DNA of 64,000 nucleotides from Hydrolagus colliei (Eukaryota). The stretch is taken from assembly GCA_035084275.1 (NCBI GenBank), contig CM068750.1:10230001-10294000 (forward strand). Reading direction: 5' to 3'. Of the stretch, positions 25,205 to 38,700 are shown piece after piece (the stretch's first letter is position 1; each line of letters starts with the position of its first letter). The translations under genes and the position numbers were made by a program. Below the pieces are notes generated by a model. That model had not been told where the DNA came from, did not search any database, and was given only the letters and a program-made list of their open reading frames with translations.

Positions 25205-25669
25205 CCCATTCATCACATACCACTGCCAAATGATAGATGGGTGGAAGATTCAATCTAGCCGTCTACTAATGAACGCTCTGTGCATTAATACCAATTAGAA
25301 CAGGAACTACAGAAGTGATGTGATGCCACATCCATTTTATACTAGTCACTGCTATTAGCAATGTGAGCTCACAACTACAGATTGTATAAAGAGAACAGAA
25401 TACTGTATGTTCACTGAATCACTATTGAATATTCCAAGGAAAATATATAACCAATGTGAGCAACAGGTTGACCTAAGGGTTTGCCATTAAAGTGAGTTGC
25501 CATGGGTTCTTTACAGATTTAAATGTGTAACTTGTATGTGGGCTGTAATAATTCAACGTGGATCTCCGCTCAATTTATACAACTGTGTAGAAAGGTAGAA
25601 AGGATTTTTTCTCTTCCACGCTTACAACACATATCTGATAGCAATCTTACAATCCTTCCTAAATGTATC

Positions 25670-25772
25670 CCAAGACAATGCAGCATCTTTCCCTCCCTGC
25701 ATTGGAGTGCTAGCCTCGACTAGATGGGTTTGGAGTCCTAACGTGTGATTTGCACCCATAACCTTTTGAGCC
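25670..25772 (-). mobile_element. Old DeuSINE-like head remnant
   Basis: Minus strand ggttatgggtgcaaatc...ctccaa...tctagtcgaggctagcactccaatgcagggaggg resembles the shark SacSINE1/DeuSINE-type head as I recall it; related remnants at ~36140-36545, ~59270-59420 and ~60940-61020. Confidence 0.45.
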
Positions 25773-26403
25773 CGGCTGACCCATATCCGAAAACATACCC
25801 AAAAATGTCTTCTACAGTGTCAGCTTTAATGTCGCAAATAATATCCAATTACACTGCGAGACTCCACGCGACTACTAAGAACAAACTCCACTTACAAATG
25901 TTTGGGAATCCTGCCTTGTAGACTAGTTTTATTCCTCCATCTCTGCAAATTAATTTAAGCGCTGCCTACATATACTTAATATTAATGCAGGGTGAATAAC
26001 TTTTTTTTCCAAAATAAAAACGGATAGCCACTTCCCAGCATCGAGACAGAGAGAGACAAACAGTATGAGAAATACCACAAAGAATTCTGAGTTTAAAACT
26101 ACGATTCCAGCTCCCCTCTACCATTTCTAAAAAAGTCATTGATTTACACTCGGGGGTTTCTAACCCATTGTTCTGTTTCTCCTTCTCAAAGCGAGCTTGT
26201 CACACCTTTATGTTGCAGATATCTATCACACAATGCAGGGCTAAGCTTGACTGGTATCCATGATCATTTATGCCATTACTGTAGCTTGGGGAACCTTTCC
26301 AATGCAAACAGATTTCTCTTGTTGCCAGCCAGCTCCCTCCGCTTTGAACTTGGTAAAGTTACAATTTGCATGCAACACTGTCAACACAAATAGATAAATA
26401 ACT

Positions 26404-26467
26404 ACAACAACAACAAAATTATATTTATAGAGCACCTTACACGTCGGGAGGATGTCCCAAGGCGCTG
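26404..26467 (-). mobile_element. ~60-nt stem-loop retroposon (L2-type 3' terminus only), representative copy
   Basis: Minus strand CAGCGCCTTGGGACATCCTCCCGACGTGTAAGGTGCT...AATTTTGTTGTTGT; about ten related copies in the window. Confidence 0.75.
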
Positions 26468-26796
26468 AACTACAGATACATATATATGTGTTTTTTTACT
26501 TGATGACCATAATATACAGTAGTTTGAAAAAATCCTAAATCGCATTCATGTGCAGTTTGTCTTCTGACCACATGATGGAGACAATGTAAACGAGGGTCTA
26601 ATCTTATTGAAGGCTGTCTGAGGATCTGCTTGCTTTTATACACAGCTGAATCTGGCTAATTGTTTTAATTTTATAAGGTTAGCGCGAGTGGTTCTCATTT
26701 TAGAACATCCAATAAATCTTCTTGGATACACTGGGTGTGTGGGACATTTACACGCTTGTGATTTCATCGTTAATCTAGAAATACACGTTCATGCTT

Positions 26797-26910
26797 TGTG
26801 GGCGTTTCGCCCACAAATCTACAGTCGATTCACTTTACAGTATGTTCTGTGAAGCGCTTTGAGACGTCTAGAAGATGTAAAAGCGCTATATCAAATGCAA
26901 GGATTATATT
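26797..26910 (+). mobile_element. SINE 3' fragment
   Basis: cgtttcgcccacaaat...gtgaagcgctttgagacgtctagaag...caaatgcaaggattat. Confidence 0.8.
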
Positions 26911-27039
26911 ATTGTACCTTGCTTTTGTGTGTTCTTCATTGCCAGGCAGTGTTCACTCAGTGTGGAAAGCAAACCGCAATGGCACTTTTAGTCCCCACTT
27001 AATGTACTTGTTTTTGTGATCCATTAGGCAGGACACAGG

Positions 27040-29123
27040 CTACATGTTATGTAACTTTGCTTTTGGTTTTGCATTGCTCTCACAAGCCACCAGAAAACTC
27101 TCAAATGTCTTATTTGTGTTTTTTTTAAAAAGGAAAACGCCAATTCCTATATCATGTCTGAACGTAGAGCCTGTACATCATTCATTGTTCATATAGACTG
27201 CAGGGACCACTTAGGAAGGAATAAAACCAGCAGCTCTGACCGTTTAATGATTTTATTATGCCGTCAATAACAGGTATTTAAACACAGTTCAGCAGTTGCT
27301 TCTACCCGGTCCGCTTATCGCTTTTACGACTCTGTTGAAGGCGGAAGGTATCGTTCCTCCCAGGTCCGCTTAACCACTCTGCCGGCCCACGTTAAGAGGT
27401 TGTCTCCAGGTTGCCTGGTCTCCCGCAGGTCCGCGGCGCTGAGCTGCTTCCAGACGCTCCGCCCACTGTGATGCCTCAGGCGCCGTGATGTCACAACCTC
27501 ACGCTTACAGTGACGTCGGATAAACACAATCATTAAGCCCCTCCCTCCCCCTCACCCATTTCTTTAGGTGAATCAGAGGAAAGTAGACATCAACACACTT
27601 CTTATCTACCTTCATTTGTTATGTCCATTTATTTGGAAGTTCTGTACTTTTTTTACATTGCAACTTGAAAGAGTTTACATTGATAGAACATTTCACAGTT
27701 GTAAATGTATTATTGGCTCCTTGTTTTATTGCATTCTTGACTGATATTTGTACATTTTCTAAATTCTTATTATCTAATATAAATTCGTTTCATATATGAT
27801 GGTTTCCCCAGGTACGCTTTTTATTGTTTTATGTACAGGTTTGGTGCAGTGCTGCTGTGTGTGTATGACACTGTATAAAAACAAAAATTACATTTTGTGT
27901 AGCATCTTTCAGGTCGGGAGGAGGTCCCAAGGATCTGGACAGTCTGCAAATCCCAAACTGGGATTGGGATTGCGGAGGGTGGAGGGAGGGAAATGGGGGT
28001 GACCAATGGCCCAGTCAAAGCGGAGGGTCTTGAGGCTGAACTCGAAGGAGGCTGGGGATTGCGGGATGGAATTCTACATGTTATGTAACTTTGCTTTTGG
28101 TTTTGCATTGCTCTCACAAGCCACCAGAAAACTCTCAAATGTCTTATTTGTGTTTTTTTAAAAAAGGAAAACGCCAATTCCTATATCATGTCTGAACGTA
28201 GAGCCTGTACATCATTCATTGTTCATATAGACTGCAGGGACCACTTAGGAAGGAATAAAACCAGCAGCTCTGACCGTTTAATGATTTTATTATCCCATCA
28301 ATAACAGGTATTTAAACACAGTTCAGCAGTTGCTTCTACCCGGTCCGCTTATCGCTTTTACGACTCTGTTGAAGGCGGAAGGTATCGTTCCTCCCAGGTC
28401 CGCTTAACCACTCTGCCGGCCCACGTTAAGAGGTTGTCACCAGGTTGCCTGGTCTCCCGCAGGTCCGCGGCGCTGCTTCCAGACGCTCCGCCCACTGTGA
28501 TGCCTCAGGCGCCGTGACGTCACAACCTCAAGCTTACACTGACGTCCGATAAACACAATCATTAAGCCCCTCCCTCCCCCCTACCCATCTCTCTTTAGGT
28601 GAATCAGAGGAAAGCAGACATCAACACACTTCTTATCTACCTTCATTTGTTATGTCCATTTATTTGGAAGTTCTGTAGTTTTTTTAAAAAACATTAGTCA
28701 ATTACATTGCAACTTGAAAGAGTTTACATTGATAGAACATTTCACAGTTGTAAATGTATTATTGGCTCCTTGTTTTATTGCATTCTTGACTGATATTTGT
28801 ACATTTTCTAAATTCTTATTATCTAATATAAATTCGTTTCATATATGATGGTTTCCCCAGGTACGCTTTTTATTGTTTTATGTACAGGTTTGGTGCAGAC
28901 CTGCTGTGTATGTATGACACTGTATAAAAACAAAAATTACATTTTGTGTAGCATCTTTCAGGTCGGGAGCAGGTCCCAAGGAGCTGGACAGCCTGCAAAT
29001 CCCAAACTGGGATTGGGATTGAGGAGGGTGGAGGGATGGAAAGGGGGCTGACCAATGGCCCGGTCAAAGAGGAGGGTCTTGAGGCTGAACTCGAAGAAGG
29101 CTGGGGATTGTGGGATGGAATTC
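27040..29123. repeat. Head-to-tail tandem duplication, ~1.04-kb unit (27040-28074, 28074-29123)
   Basis: ctacatgttatgtaactttgc starts at 27040 and 28074; both units end ggatggaattc; high identity with small indels. Confidence 0.95.
27155..27589 (-). mobile_element. Solo-LTR-like GC-rich cassette (second copy 28189-28620)
   Basis: TGTCT...AGACA inverted ends; on - strand CRE-like and GC-box motifs precede AATAAA (27252-27257); CpG-rich against an AT-rich flank. Only a 3-bp flanking match (tca), so LTR status is uncertain. Confidence 0.4.
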
Positions 29124-30233
29124 CGAAGGTTGGGGCAAGAATGGCTCGCCCGACGATGGAGGGCCAGTTAGTTTGGGGGACATGGAACAGACAAGAATCT
29201 ACTGAGTTGAGGAAGGCGTGGAGTGGAGGAGGTTGGAAAGGTAGGGAATGGATTTGAATACAAGTTTGTATATGCTTATATTATCTGGCTTCAGAGCTAG
29301 TTTTTCCAGTCCACATTTCTTCTATCTAATTGGAGAAAATGAAAATATAAGAACAATCCATCAAAGATAATACTAATAACCTCTGACTCGAGATTATATT
29401 CTGAGTCTAATTTGCAAATTTGAATTTGTAAGGTCCAATTAATGTAACAGTCGAGAGTAAATTAATGCATGAGGGAATCACCTGTGCTCTTAAATATGTT
29501 ATTAATCAAAGAGGATAAAAATCACCTGTCATCTGCATTTATTGTAATTCTCTACGTCTAAATTTAAAACAACTTTCAAACTTGTCTGATTTGGTTTATT
29601 GAAGGGAGGTGCGAGTGGCTGGACTGGAATTGTACTACATCAAATGTTCTCAATTGCCAAATATTTCATGGACATCCACTCATTTATATACTTTCCTAGA
29701 AGAAACTTGGTGCTCCTCTGATGTCCTCCTGGCATGAATGATACTAAATAAATTGATCTGGTTAATTCTCAGTAGCAAAAAAAAATCTATAAAATGCTTT
29801 AGAAAGTTCCATTCAGCGACCGTCTTGCTTAAAGATGCAGGAGTGACTTCAGCTTACGCACATCACAGAAATCTCAACCACTTTATAGGACATTGTGCGT
29901 GGGGGGTGGGGGGGGCGTGGGATGGACTTAAGAACTTAAGAAAGTTCTTAATTCTGAAGCGGGATTCCTAGTAAATTAACTACGGAAAACTAAGCTCAAG
30001 GTAAAGACTGAATTCAATACCTTGCTAAATCCTGAATTGCTAGATAGAGTATATATTAGCAGAGGTGGAATTTTATCCCCTTCACTGTTCAAAACAGAAC
30101 CAACACACTTGTACTAAAGTAGCTGCTGTGTCTGGCACCAGTTCCCTGCTTAAACACAGAATATGTACAAAGAGGTGAAATGTGGACTAATATATGTTCA
30201 CCTGAAAGAGAAGACTGCAGGGCCTGACGGAGA

Positions 30234-30239
30234 TTTATT
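30234..30239 (-). terminator. Candidate stxbp6 polyadenylation signal
   Basis: AATAAA on - strand about 1.07 kb past the stop codon after a TE-free AT-rich UTR-like stretch; alternatives near 29540 and 29597. Confidence 0.35.
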
Positions 30240-31300
30240 TGAATGATCTTCTCATCACCACTTTGGAAAACTAATATTGAAACAATCTACGAAAAATCAA
30301 GCCACAATATTTGCATTGATAAGTACTTGCACAGTCCTACTATGGTTCAAATAACATAACAAAAAAGCTAGTTACACAATCAAAATGTTTTAATGACACT
30401 AAGGCTTGAAACAGTAGATAAACAGAGCACTAACCGACAGACTGAAGAGAAGTGCACAGAATTCTACAGCACAAACTTTGTTGCAACAACAATCAGGATT
30501 AACAAGTGATTTGAACTGGCAGAGCTGCCGTCTTACACAGTTCGTCAGTAATGTTTAGCATAAGAGAACTATACATCAGTAAGTGAGACAGTCTCCTCAG
30601 AAACTACCTGAACCTGACATTTTACAAATACATTCTTCAATATGAAACATTGACCTGAATTTTTTTTTCTGTACACTACTTAAATATACTGCTGCTCATC
30701 TCCAATGGGAGGCTTCAAAAGCTTAAATTACCTTCATTGCATGTGTAGTCAGTCAGACACTATCCCAGCTGACTTCCAGTCCTGACGTGCATTTGACAGA
30801 AGCCAGAACAATTACTGGTTGATTTCTAAATGAGAAGTTGCGCCATTATAATGAGCACAACATGTTTGGTCACATTTCCAGTCAATTTGCACTTCGAAAC
30901 ATCGGTCAAATGTACACTGTTCCCAAGGATTATTGAAGAATCTTTAGTTTTTCTTCAAAAGTGGCATCAATTGTTGAAACATTTCTTTTGTTACTGTGTA
31001 ATACAACATTGATTAAAAGCTGTTTGTGTAACATGAAAGCTTACTACACCTGTAACCAGTCAAGAGCGCTAATAGCCTGGAAATCTAAAGACACTAAAAA
31101 AGATCAAGCCTGTATTCTTCCTTTTTAAACAATGCAAATTCAAATTACAAAAAAAACATTGAAACAGATTCTAATATTGGCAGCATCAAGTTTGAAGAAT
31201 AAATTTCCATCTTGGGAAATGTGCATTGGGAAACTTCTGTCTCTTCTATCACATGAAGTCCGTCTGCCCTGGTTGCTACTTCAAAATGTTTGGCAACTGC

Positions 31301-31324
31301 TCAGCATTTGTGCTTCATTGCAAG
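31301..31324 (-). CDS. stxbp6: Syntaxin-binding protein 6 (amisyn), last coding exon
   Basis: Minus strand ttttttcacag|CTT GCA ATG AAG CAC AAA TGC TGA = LAMKHKC*, the amisyn C-terminus, in phase 0 with the previous exon. Confidence 0.92.
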   Translation of the reverse strand, partial: LAMKHKC

Positions 31325-32124
31325 CTGTGAAAAAACAAGGAGAGAAAGTAAGAGATTGTAGTATTATCATAACTCATTAGCAGCAATACATGGTTAGTCA
31401 GCAACCATGGAACCTCAATTAGTATTTCACACCACTAAATTATACTCATTACTTTCTAATTAACCACATCTGCTGAGCAGAATATTAACTACAGCTCCCT
31501 TCAAGCCCACTATTCCTCTCATACCCAGTTTTTAAAAAAAATTACATATCAATGCAAATCAAAATGATTTATGAAGTTGATTTGACTCGGAATGAATGAT
31601 ACCTTTTAACAAGATGAACTTTGCTATGGTATGGAGATTCTTATCGGCTTCCCAATGTAAATTCCAATGATGTGACAAATTATATCGAAGCCCGGTGGGC
31701 CTCTTTTTCAACTGCCATGTACCGGATTAAATTGTGCACTTGAAGGAGTGGGGGAATAGATTGATTCATAACTGTTAGGGCTGCATGAAACATCAACGTT
31801 TGGATATTTCCAAATCAGGGGCAAACTCTGATTGTGATCTTGTTACTGTGATGGGAGGACAGCAAGGTGGGTGGGTATTCTGGAGGGAGGCGATCAGGTG
31901 GACCAAAGGACTTGCATCCGAAGTGATCTCAGGCCAGCGTTAGCTTCCTGAACTAGCAAGTGACTGCAACTAGTCATTGCCTTCTTGAAACAGGCCACTG
32001 TACCTAGGACATTATATTAAAATAAAAATTGCGCAGACTTCAGCTATCCCTTGTAAAAAAAAAAGTACCATGGTAATGGTGGTAGTACTAGACATTTCAA
32101 TTTATCAACATTTTACTTTCAGTT

Positions 32125-32313
32125 AGCCGGGTGTCTGACATGTGCACCATCACGCTTAAAGAGTATTTAAACTAAGCTGAGATTTCCATGCATCCCGGCT
32201 CCACATGGAAGATAGATTGTTAGAATGGAATGCACACTCTCTCCCTGGGGGTGGTGGGTTTGAGGCCTCCCGCTTACCTAATTCTGGAAAGTATTAGGCG
32301 CAAGTTGGCAAGA
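32125..32313. mobile_element. Unclassified interspersed repeat, copy 2
   Basis: Similar to 48860-49040 (same strand) and 1679-1923 (opposite strand). Confidence 0.65.
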
Positions 32314-32493
32314 GGTAACAGAGTCTAACAAGCTTAAATCAATAACTGAACCAGAAAGTATTTTGTTATTTTTGGACAGCCACACACAGGAGAAAAGAAA
32401 GCCCATTTGCAACTTTAACATTCCAGTTTCTGTTACTGAAAGCTCCCAACAGCAGAATTTTCGGGTTAACCAATTCTGGAGCAAACTGGTGAT

Positions 32494-32766
32494 CCTTACA
32501 AGTGATTCCAGACAGGGTGAAACCTTGGACAAGTTTCCTAACTCCACATGCCTAATAATAATCCCTCAAAAAAAAATTGGTTATTTCAGTCCTCGACTGT
32601 TTGTGGGACACTGCCGTGTGCAATTGGCTGCCGTGTGCAATTGGTTGCCGTGTTTCGCCCACAAATATACAGCCAATTTACTTTACAGTATATTCTGTGA
32701 AGCGTTTTGAGACGTTTAGAAGACGTGAAAAGCGCTATAATCAAATGCAAGGATTATTATTATTAT
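32494..32766 (+). mobile_element. SINE with deleted head and internal 17-bp tandem duplication
   Basis: Family body and tail; tgccgtgtgcaattgg repeated. Confidence 0.85.
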
Positions 32767-35672
32767 CCCTCTGCTCCCTATTCCTGAAGAATGCTGGTGT
32801 GTGGAGCAGCTGGAAACTAACAAATTAGTTTGAAGATCATCCTTCCCCAGTGCACATTGCTGAAAATGAACCATCTAAAACCAGTACAAGGCACCTGTAC
32901 GCTAATTGGGAAAATGGAGCTCGACAAAAAATTTATATAGCTGGCGAAAGAGATCGTAACTGACACTGATACATCAGCAACACAATTTAAAGGAAAACAA
33001 ATTAGCAGCGCTGAAATAACAATGTGGCAAACCGAAAGCCTAGATTAGCACATGTATCACGTGGTCTGTAGAATGCTGGATTGATGAGGTCAAGGAAATA
33101 AAATTACAATTTTCAGCTAATTGTAACTGAGCTTCTCTGTCAGCAAATGAGCAGCTCTCAACAGTGAAGGTCTAGCAGTGAGAATTGACGTCAGTCGTCA
33201 CATTAGAAAACAGTGTACGCCAGCAGCACAGCAAATATTCACTTTTGTCTTAAAGCGATTGACGTTTCAAATGGTGTACTGCTACTCCCAGTTCTAGATG
33301 ATACCTCTCGCTCTCTGTCTATCTCTCTCACACATCAGGCACAGCAGAACACCATGCGTGAATTGAAGTACAGCACACATGCACTGCACAGTTCTGCTCA
33401 TTTGCCTCCAACTGCTGCTGACATTTGGAAGCTTCTCATGATCAAAAAAGAGCTCTCTACCTTCTAAGTGAAATGTTATTATTATTATAAGTGAAATGTT
33501 TCCAAATTTGGCATTGCACTCTTGCAGTTAAGTGTAAAGCCAAGTTCTGGTCCTGCCAAGATCTCCCCAGCACTACAGAATAAATCACTAAATCATTACT
33601 GGACTGTGCAAATTAAACTACGGCTACCTCCAGGCGGGATATAATGACCACTTTGCTCCAGTGAGAGACACAAACATAACCTCCTTTATAAGAGTCAGCC
33701 TTGTCCCGTCACAGCTTCCGTTGTACAGTAATGTTGTTTTCTAGGTGCGATGATGTGTTTCCAAAAGGTCTGTCTTGTTGCATTGTTTGGTAAACGCAGA
33801 ACAAATATTTGCCAAAATGAAAGATCTGTGGTTTAAAACAGATTCCCATTTCAACTCTCTGCTATAAATCTGGACTGGCTTTTATAATTCCTCTGGGTTC
33901 TTTCTATTCTCCAGAAATGTCCACAAGATTAAATCAAAGCCATAATGGGCTCCAACCAGATTGAGTTTAAAAATGCATGGTGAAAAAAGCTTGCTGCCAT
34001 TTATAAAAGGTGTGTGACCGTAAACCTATCGAGCGTCTCAATCTTCAAGTCTCGCTTTAAAATCAATCTCTTTAACTCAGCTTTCCTCCCCCCCGCCCTC
34101 CCCAAACCTATTGTGCTCCGAAACATTCTATGGGAGGTATGATATATAATATATATACAGTATATATAAATGCAACCTGTTGTTGGACAAAATGTTTTAC
34201 CTGACAACCTCACTTAATTGTAACCACAAACAAGATTTGCAAATCACTTCCCTGTAATGAAATAAAAGCAGCTATGTGCTTAGGTCCAAGTCTTTTCATT
34301 GAAGTCTACTCCTTTTAAATATCAATTAAGAACTTTTCTTTTGTTAATTTAATTCAACGTTACAGTATTAGTGTTTCACAATTTTCATCCAGATTTCTCC
34401 TGTGGAATCCTGCCCACTTCCATTTTCCCAACACTTTGATGCTAATTATTTCACAGCAGCAAAGCTAACTTGTGTGGGTCTCAGTTTGAGAATTTTCAAG
34501 GGCGATGTGTAATTAGCATAATTTAATTTGATGGGAATACAAATGCATTTCTGGTGAAAAAAAAAATTATTCATAGTAAGTACCTGTCAAACAGAATTAA
34601 ATCATCTCATAACTCACGGCGACACCATCAACTATTTCGGAATTGCAGACTTGAAGCAAAGCGCGGATGGAAGTTCAGATATGATTCCATTTGCTAGGAA
34701 ACAATCCCACAGCAAGTTTTGTTTCCCCCGCTGCACACAAAATGTCATGAGTGGTATCAGTGTTATGTAAGATTTTCTTCTTAGAGCCTCCTTTCGTCCC
34801 TGGCATTGCGGCTTAGTACCAGGTCAGAACAGTCAAAACGTGGATTTTAAAAAAAATCACAGAGCAGGCTCCTGTCAAAGATTTTTTTTCCAAAGATTCC
34901 AATTACTGAAAATCTGCAGTTTGTCTGCACTTCATCTGCAGAATAAGTGCTGCCCCCATTTTCATAATCACGTGAAGTAAAACATCCAAGTCTCAAGACA
35001 TTTCATCCCAAGACATATTTCACAGAAACAGCCTGCCGCACAATGTGCTTCATTCATTAAAATGCCACTCGTGCCAAAAATGAAAAATGTCCCTGTGTCT
35101 GCAGCGCACATGGCATGAGAAAACACTCTTTGTTAATTACATACAAGGTATTTTTTCCCCCTTTCAAATTAAATTAACTGCTATGTACTTAACATGAATA
35201 CAAAACCTGACCTTTAGTACCCTGAGTGAAGTTGCTAAATTACTTCTATCTGCTGCCTCATTGCTTATGTACATTTTAGTGCCAACTTCTCCAGATATTC
35301 AGGCTGTAAGCAAAGAAAGGTAGATATGCCTGCTGTGATAGAGCAGTTCACATCTAAAAGCAGACAAGATGATCTAGAGATGTAGGAGACGTTTGTGTCT
35401 AACATCTCAGATGTACATTAAATCTAGTACAGTACAATTTCCAGGAACTATCTGTCATGTCAATATGAGCGTGCCAAATACATTTTCTACACCTTGCACA
35501 TGTTAGGTTGAATCCATTTCAGGAGTTAGTGGAAATATAACTTATTGTAATTTTCATGATTAGAATCTATCCCAAAAGTTCTTGCAAACAAAATCAAAAT
35601 TATCCATTATGACCATTACAAGTACATTTAATGTGAAGTTTACAGTAGCCTTCCCAAACTATACTGTTAAAT

Positions 35673-35769
35673 TTCCTTTCTCCATGGATGCTGCCTGACC
35701 TGCTGAGTTTCCCCAGCAACTTCTGTTTTTGTTTCAGATTCCCAGCATCTGTAGTATTTTGTGTTTTGT
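35673..35769 (+). mobile_element. 5'-truncated Penelope-like element copy with 13-bp target-site duplication
   Basis: Homologous to 60800-60904; flanked by TATACTGTTAAAT at 35660-35672 and 35770-35782. Confidence 0.8.
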
Positions 35770-38700
35770 TATACTGTTAAATATGTGGTTTGCTGACATA
35801 CCAGGACAATTTAGTAGTCCTAAACTTTCCCTGGTTTCAAACAAAAATCCAGGCTTGACCAATATTTTCCAAAGAGGAATTCTGCACTTTGCAGCCTTTT
35901 GCAATTGTACAGCTATTCATGAGTTAACAAGTCTTTTGCAATAGTGAAACTATAGTGAGGCATTTCTAGTCCTTGTGTTTTAAAAACAAGTAGTCTTCAA
36001 GTAAAAATGAAAGGAAAAAGCTTTCTATGCATAATTAATACCAGCAATATACTCCAGTTTATCAAGAATAGTTAAAAAAAACAATCTGTATGAATCCATA
36101 GAGGTGTCTGATGCAAGATCAGTAGCCACAGATGGGCAATTATGTCTTTATATTTGATACACAGCCTTCACGTCAATGTCTCAAAGCATGTCTATTTAAA
36201 GTACTGTATAATTACTGTACATTTACAGGTAAATGCGACAGTCAAGTTGCATTGCACATAGCAATGTCTCACAATGATTAATTCTATCTGGAAGATTACA
36301 GCCACATAGAGAGCCTCCTTGTTCTACATCAAATAGTGCCACAGTTTAGATCTTTAACATGGGCTTAACCTTTAATTTGAATAATGGCATCTCTCCCTAG
36401 CACTGCAGGGCCAGGGATGGCTGGCCAATTTATGGGCTGAATTATGCATGTGTAAAATCGTCATGGCCCGTAGGTTACAAGTTACAATCCCTGCCCAGAC
36501 TATGAGTTCAAAGTCTGGAAGTGGAGCTTGAATCCACAACCTTCCAAACCTGGGGGAGGGGGTGGGGGCAACGGGGTGGATGGGAGATGTTTCATTGGAG
36601 CACAAAAATGGCCTAAGCTGTATCTGCTGTTGCAATAGCTATCAGTGATTCATAAAGCATCAAATGTGTACTATATTAATACACATCTGTTTCTTTTAAA
36701 TAAACATAATACCAGTAGAGTAAGGGTCAAGTTTCAGGAACTGAGTTTTAATCTGTTGTAGAGGGACAACAACAACAACAAAATTACACTTGTATAGGGC
36801 CTTTCACGTCAGGAGGACGTCCAAAGCCCCTGGGACAGCATACAAAGACAGTCTACTGCACAACTGAGAAGTGACTGGCAGCAAAATATACAACTTAAAA
36901 AGTGACAACTTGCGTTTAGAGTTTAACCTCACACATCACGCTTCAACAGCCCTTACGTAACAGCAATTGAACACTTCTGCAGTCAGAATGTTCATGATCA
37001 TGGTGCCATTCGTGGTTGGCCCAAGAATAATTTACTGAGAATATTATAAAAGCATTGAGTCTGCTTATCATTCTCCATTGCTGCCTCCAGGCGCTGCACA
37101 TATGGTAGTGAATTAAACACCAGTTTGACATGCACGCTGAACACATTTGAAATAAGCTTAATAAAAGCAAGGGGGCACAAGTGTACGTGTGATGAATTTT
37201 GAATGCCTTCTATATCATTGCAACACATCCAAGGTTGACAGCTAATGAGGCAAATTAGATTGTTCCCCAATGTACAACTATAGCTCCTTTTACATCACTA
37301 ACATGCTAGTGTACAAGAACAACAACATTGCATTTGTACAGCGGCTTTTACGTTGGGAGGACTTTCCAAGGCGCTTAATGTAAAATCTGCCCTGAGAACA
37401 AATAAAGCAATTAAACACTAACAATAAAATTCCCATCCTGGAAACTTGTACACCATTTCCTCAGTGTCATTCTGGGCTGTGTGAAGTCAGTGTTGGTCTT
37501 CTGCCAGCCATTCAATGCAGCCAGCAACTATTGAGCTCATGTCGATTGGTGTCCGAACATAAACTGGCCTCTGTACACAAGTGAACTCTCTAGAGCCATC
37601 TTGCCACAAATGCAATTTAGTATACAGTGCAGCTGTGAGCTTCTTAATGTGGAACCAAATGAGAGGACACCATTAAAACACAAATTATGCCATTCGGTCC
37701 AACAAGACTTCTGCAGACCATACATAATCCATCCTCTCTTGGAAGAGGTCTACCTCTTTGAGAAAAGATCTACAGAGATCACTCTCTGTACAACAGGGAT
37801 CCCCCAAACAATAAAGCAAAACAAACACACATTCCTTTTTTTAAAAAAAAGGGCATACTAGGAAAAAAGTAGAGAATAATGCTGGAATCCTGACCCAGCT
37901 CATTACATTAACAACAACAAAATTACACTTGTATTAATAACATTCACTACAGAAATGGCATGCATAGAGCAAGGCAATACTGGAAGTAGCATTTAATTCA
38001 CTTCAGGATATTAGACCCAAATGGGCAAAGGCCTCCAAGTCTTCACTCATAATTTAGAAGTAACTCGTAGCAAATTGCTAACTCAGGTATATGGCTTTCA
38101 ATCCTATTTCAATCCTATTTGTTTCAAATCCTTTTTGTTCCAGTACTTTATTACGGGGTGCTCAGCCTGCTACAGTTTCCAATACACGGCTTGTTGGGCT
38201 CAAGAGGATCAATGCCTCAAGAAGGATGTCTCTCTGGGTCAGAATGGTTCTACAACGGTGGTGTTTTATCTTTAGTGAGAATGCTACATACTAGTTATTC
38301 ATCAATCAGATAAACTTATCCAGCTTTTGGGTTACATTTTGTTGTTAATTGGGAGGGAATACAATTTATATCAAGTTAGGCTTTTTTTCCATCCTTTTTC
38401 TTGTCTGCTAACCTGAGTTACTTATTGAAGAGCTTTTGAAGGACCGCACTTTCATACACCCTAGGTAAAATATACTGAAACACAAATGATGCATTTTCCT
38501 GTGCAATCCAGTGTTTATCCTGCTCACAGATTAGTATTGTTGGCTTCACCGTTTGCAACTCAATCACAATCAAAGACCAGAGTAACATTTGAAATGTTCA
38601 CTGCATTACGTCACCTGCTAATAAACATGTGCCAGAGAAATTCTGACTGAGCTATGAAGCCTCGATCAAAATCCAGGAATGTCTTTAGTCTGTGTAAGAT

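Noticed and set aside
27345-27392. tRNA-like A box (GGCAGAGTGGTTAAG) on the minus strand in the duplicated cassette
   Set aside because: The B-box-like GGAACGATACC lacks the invariant TTC and is too close; no cloverleaf.
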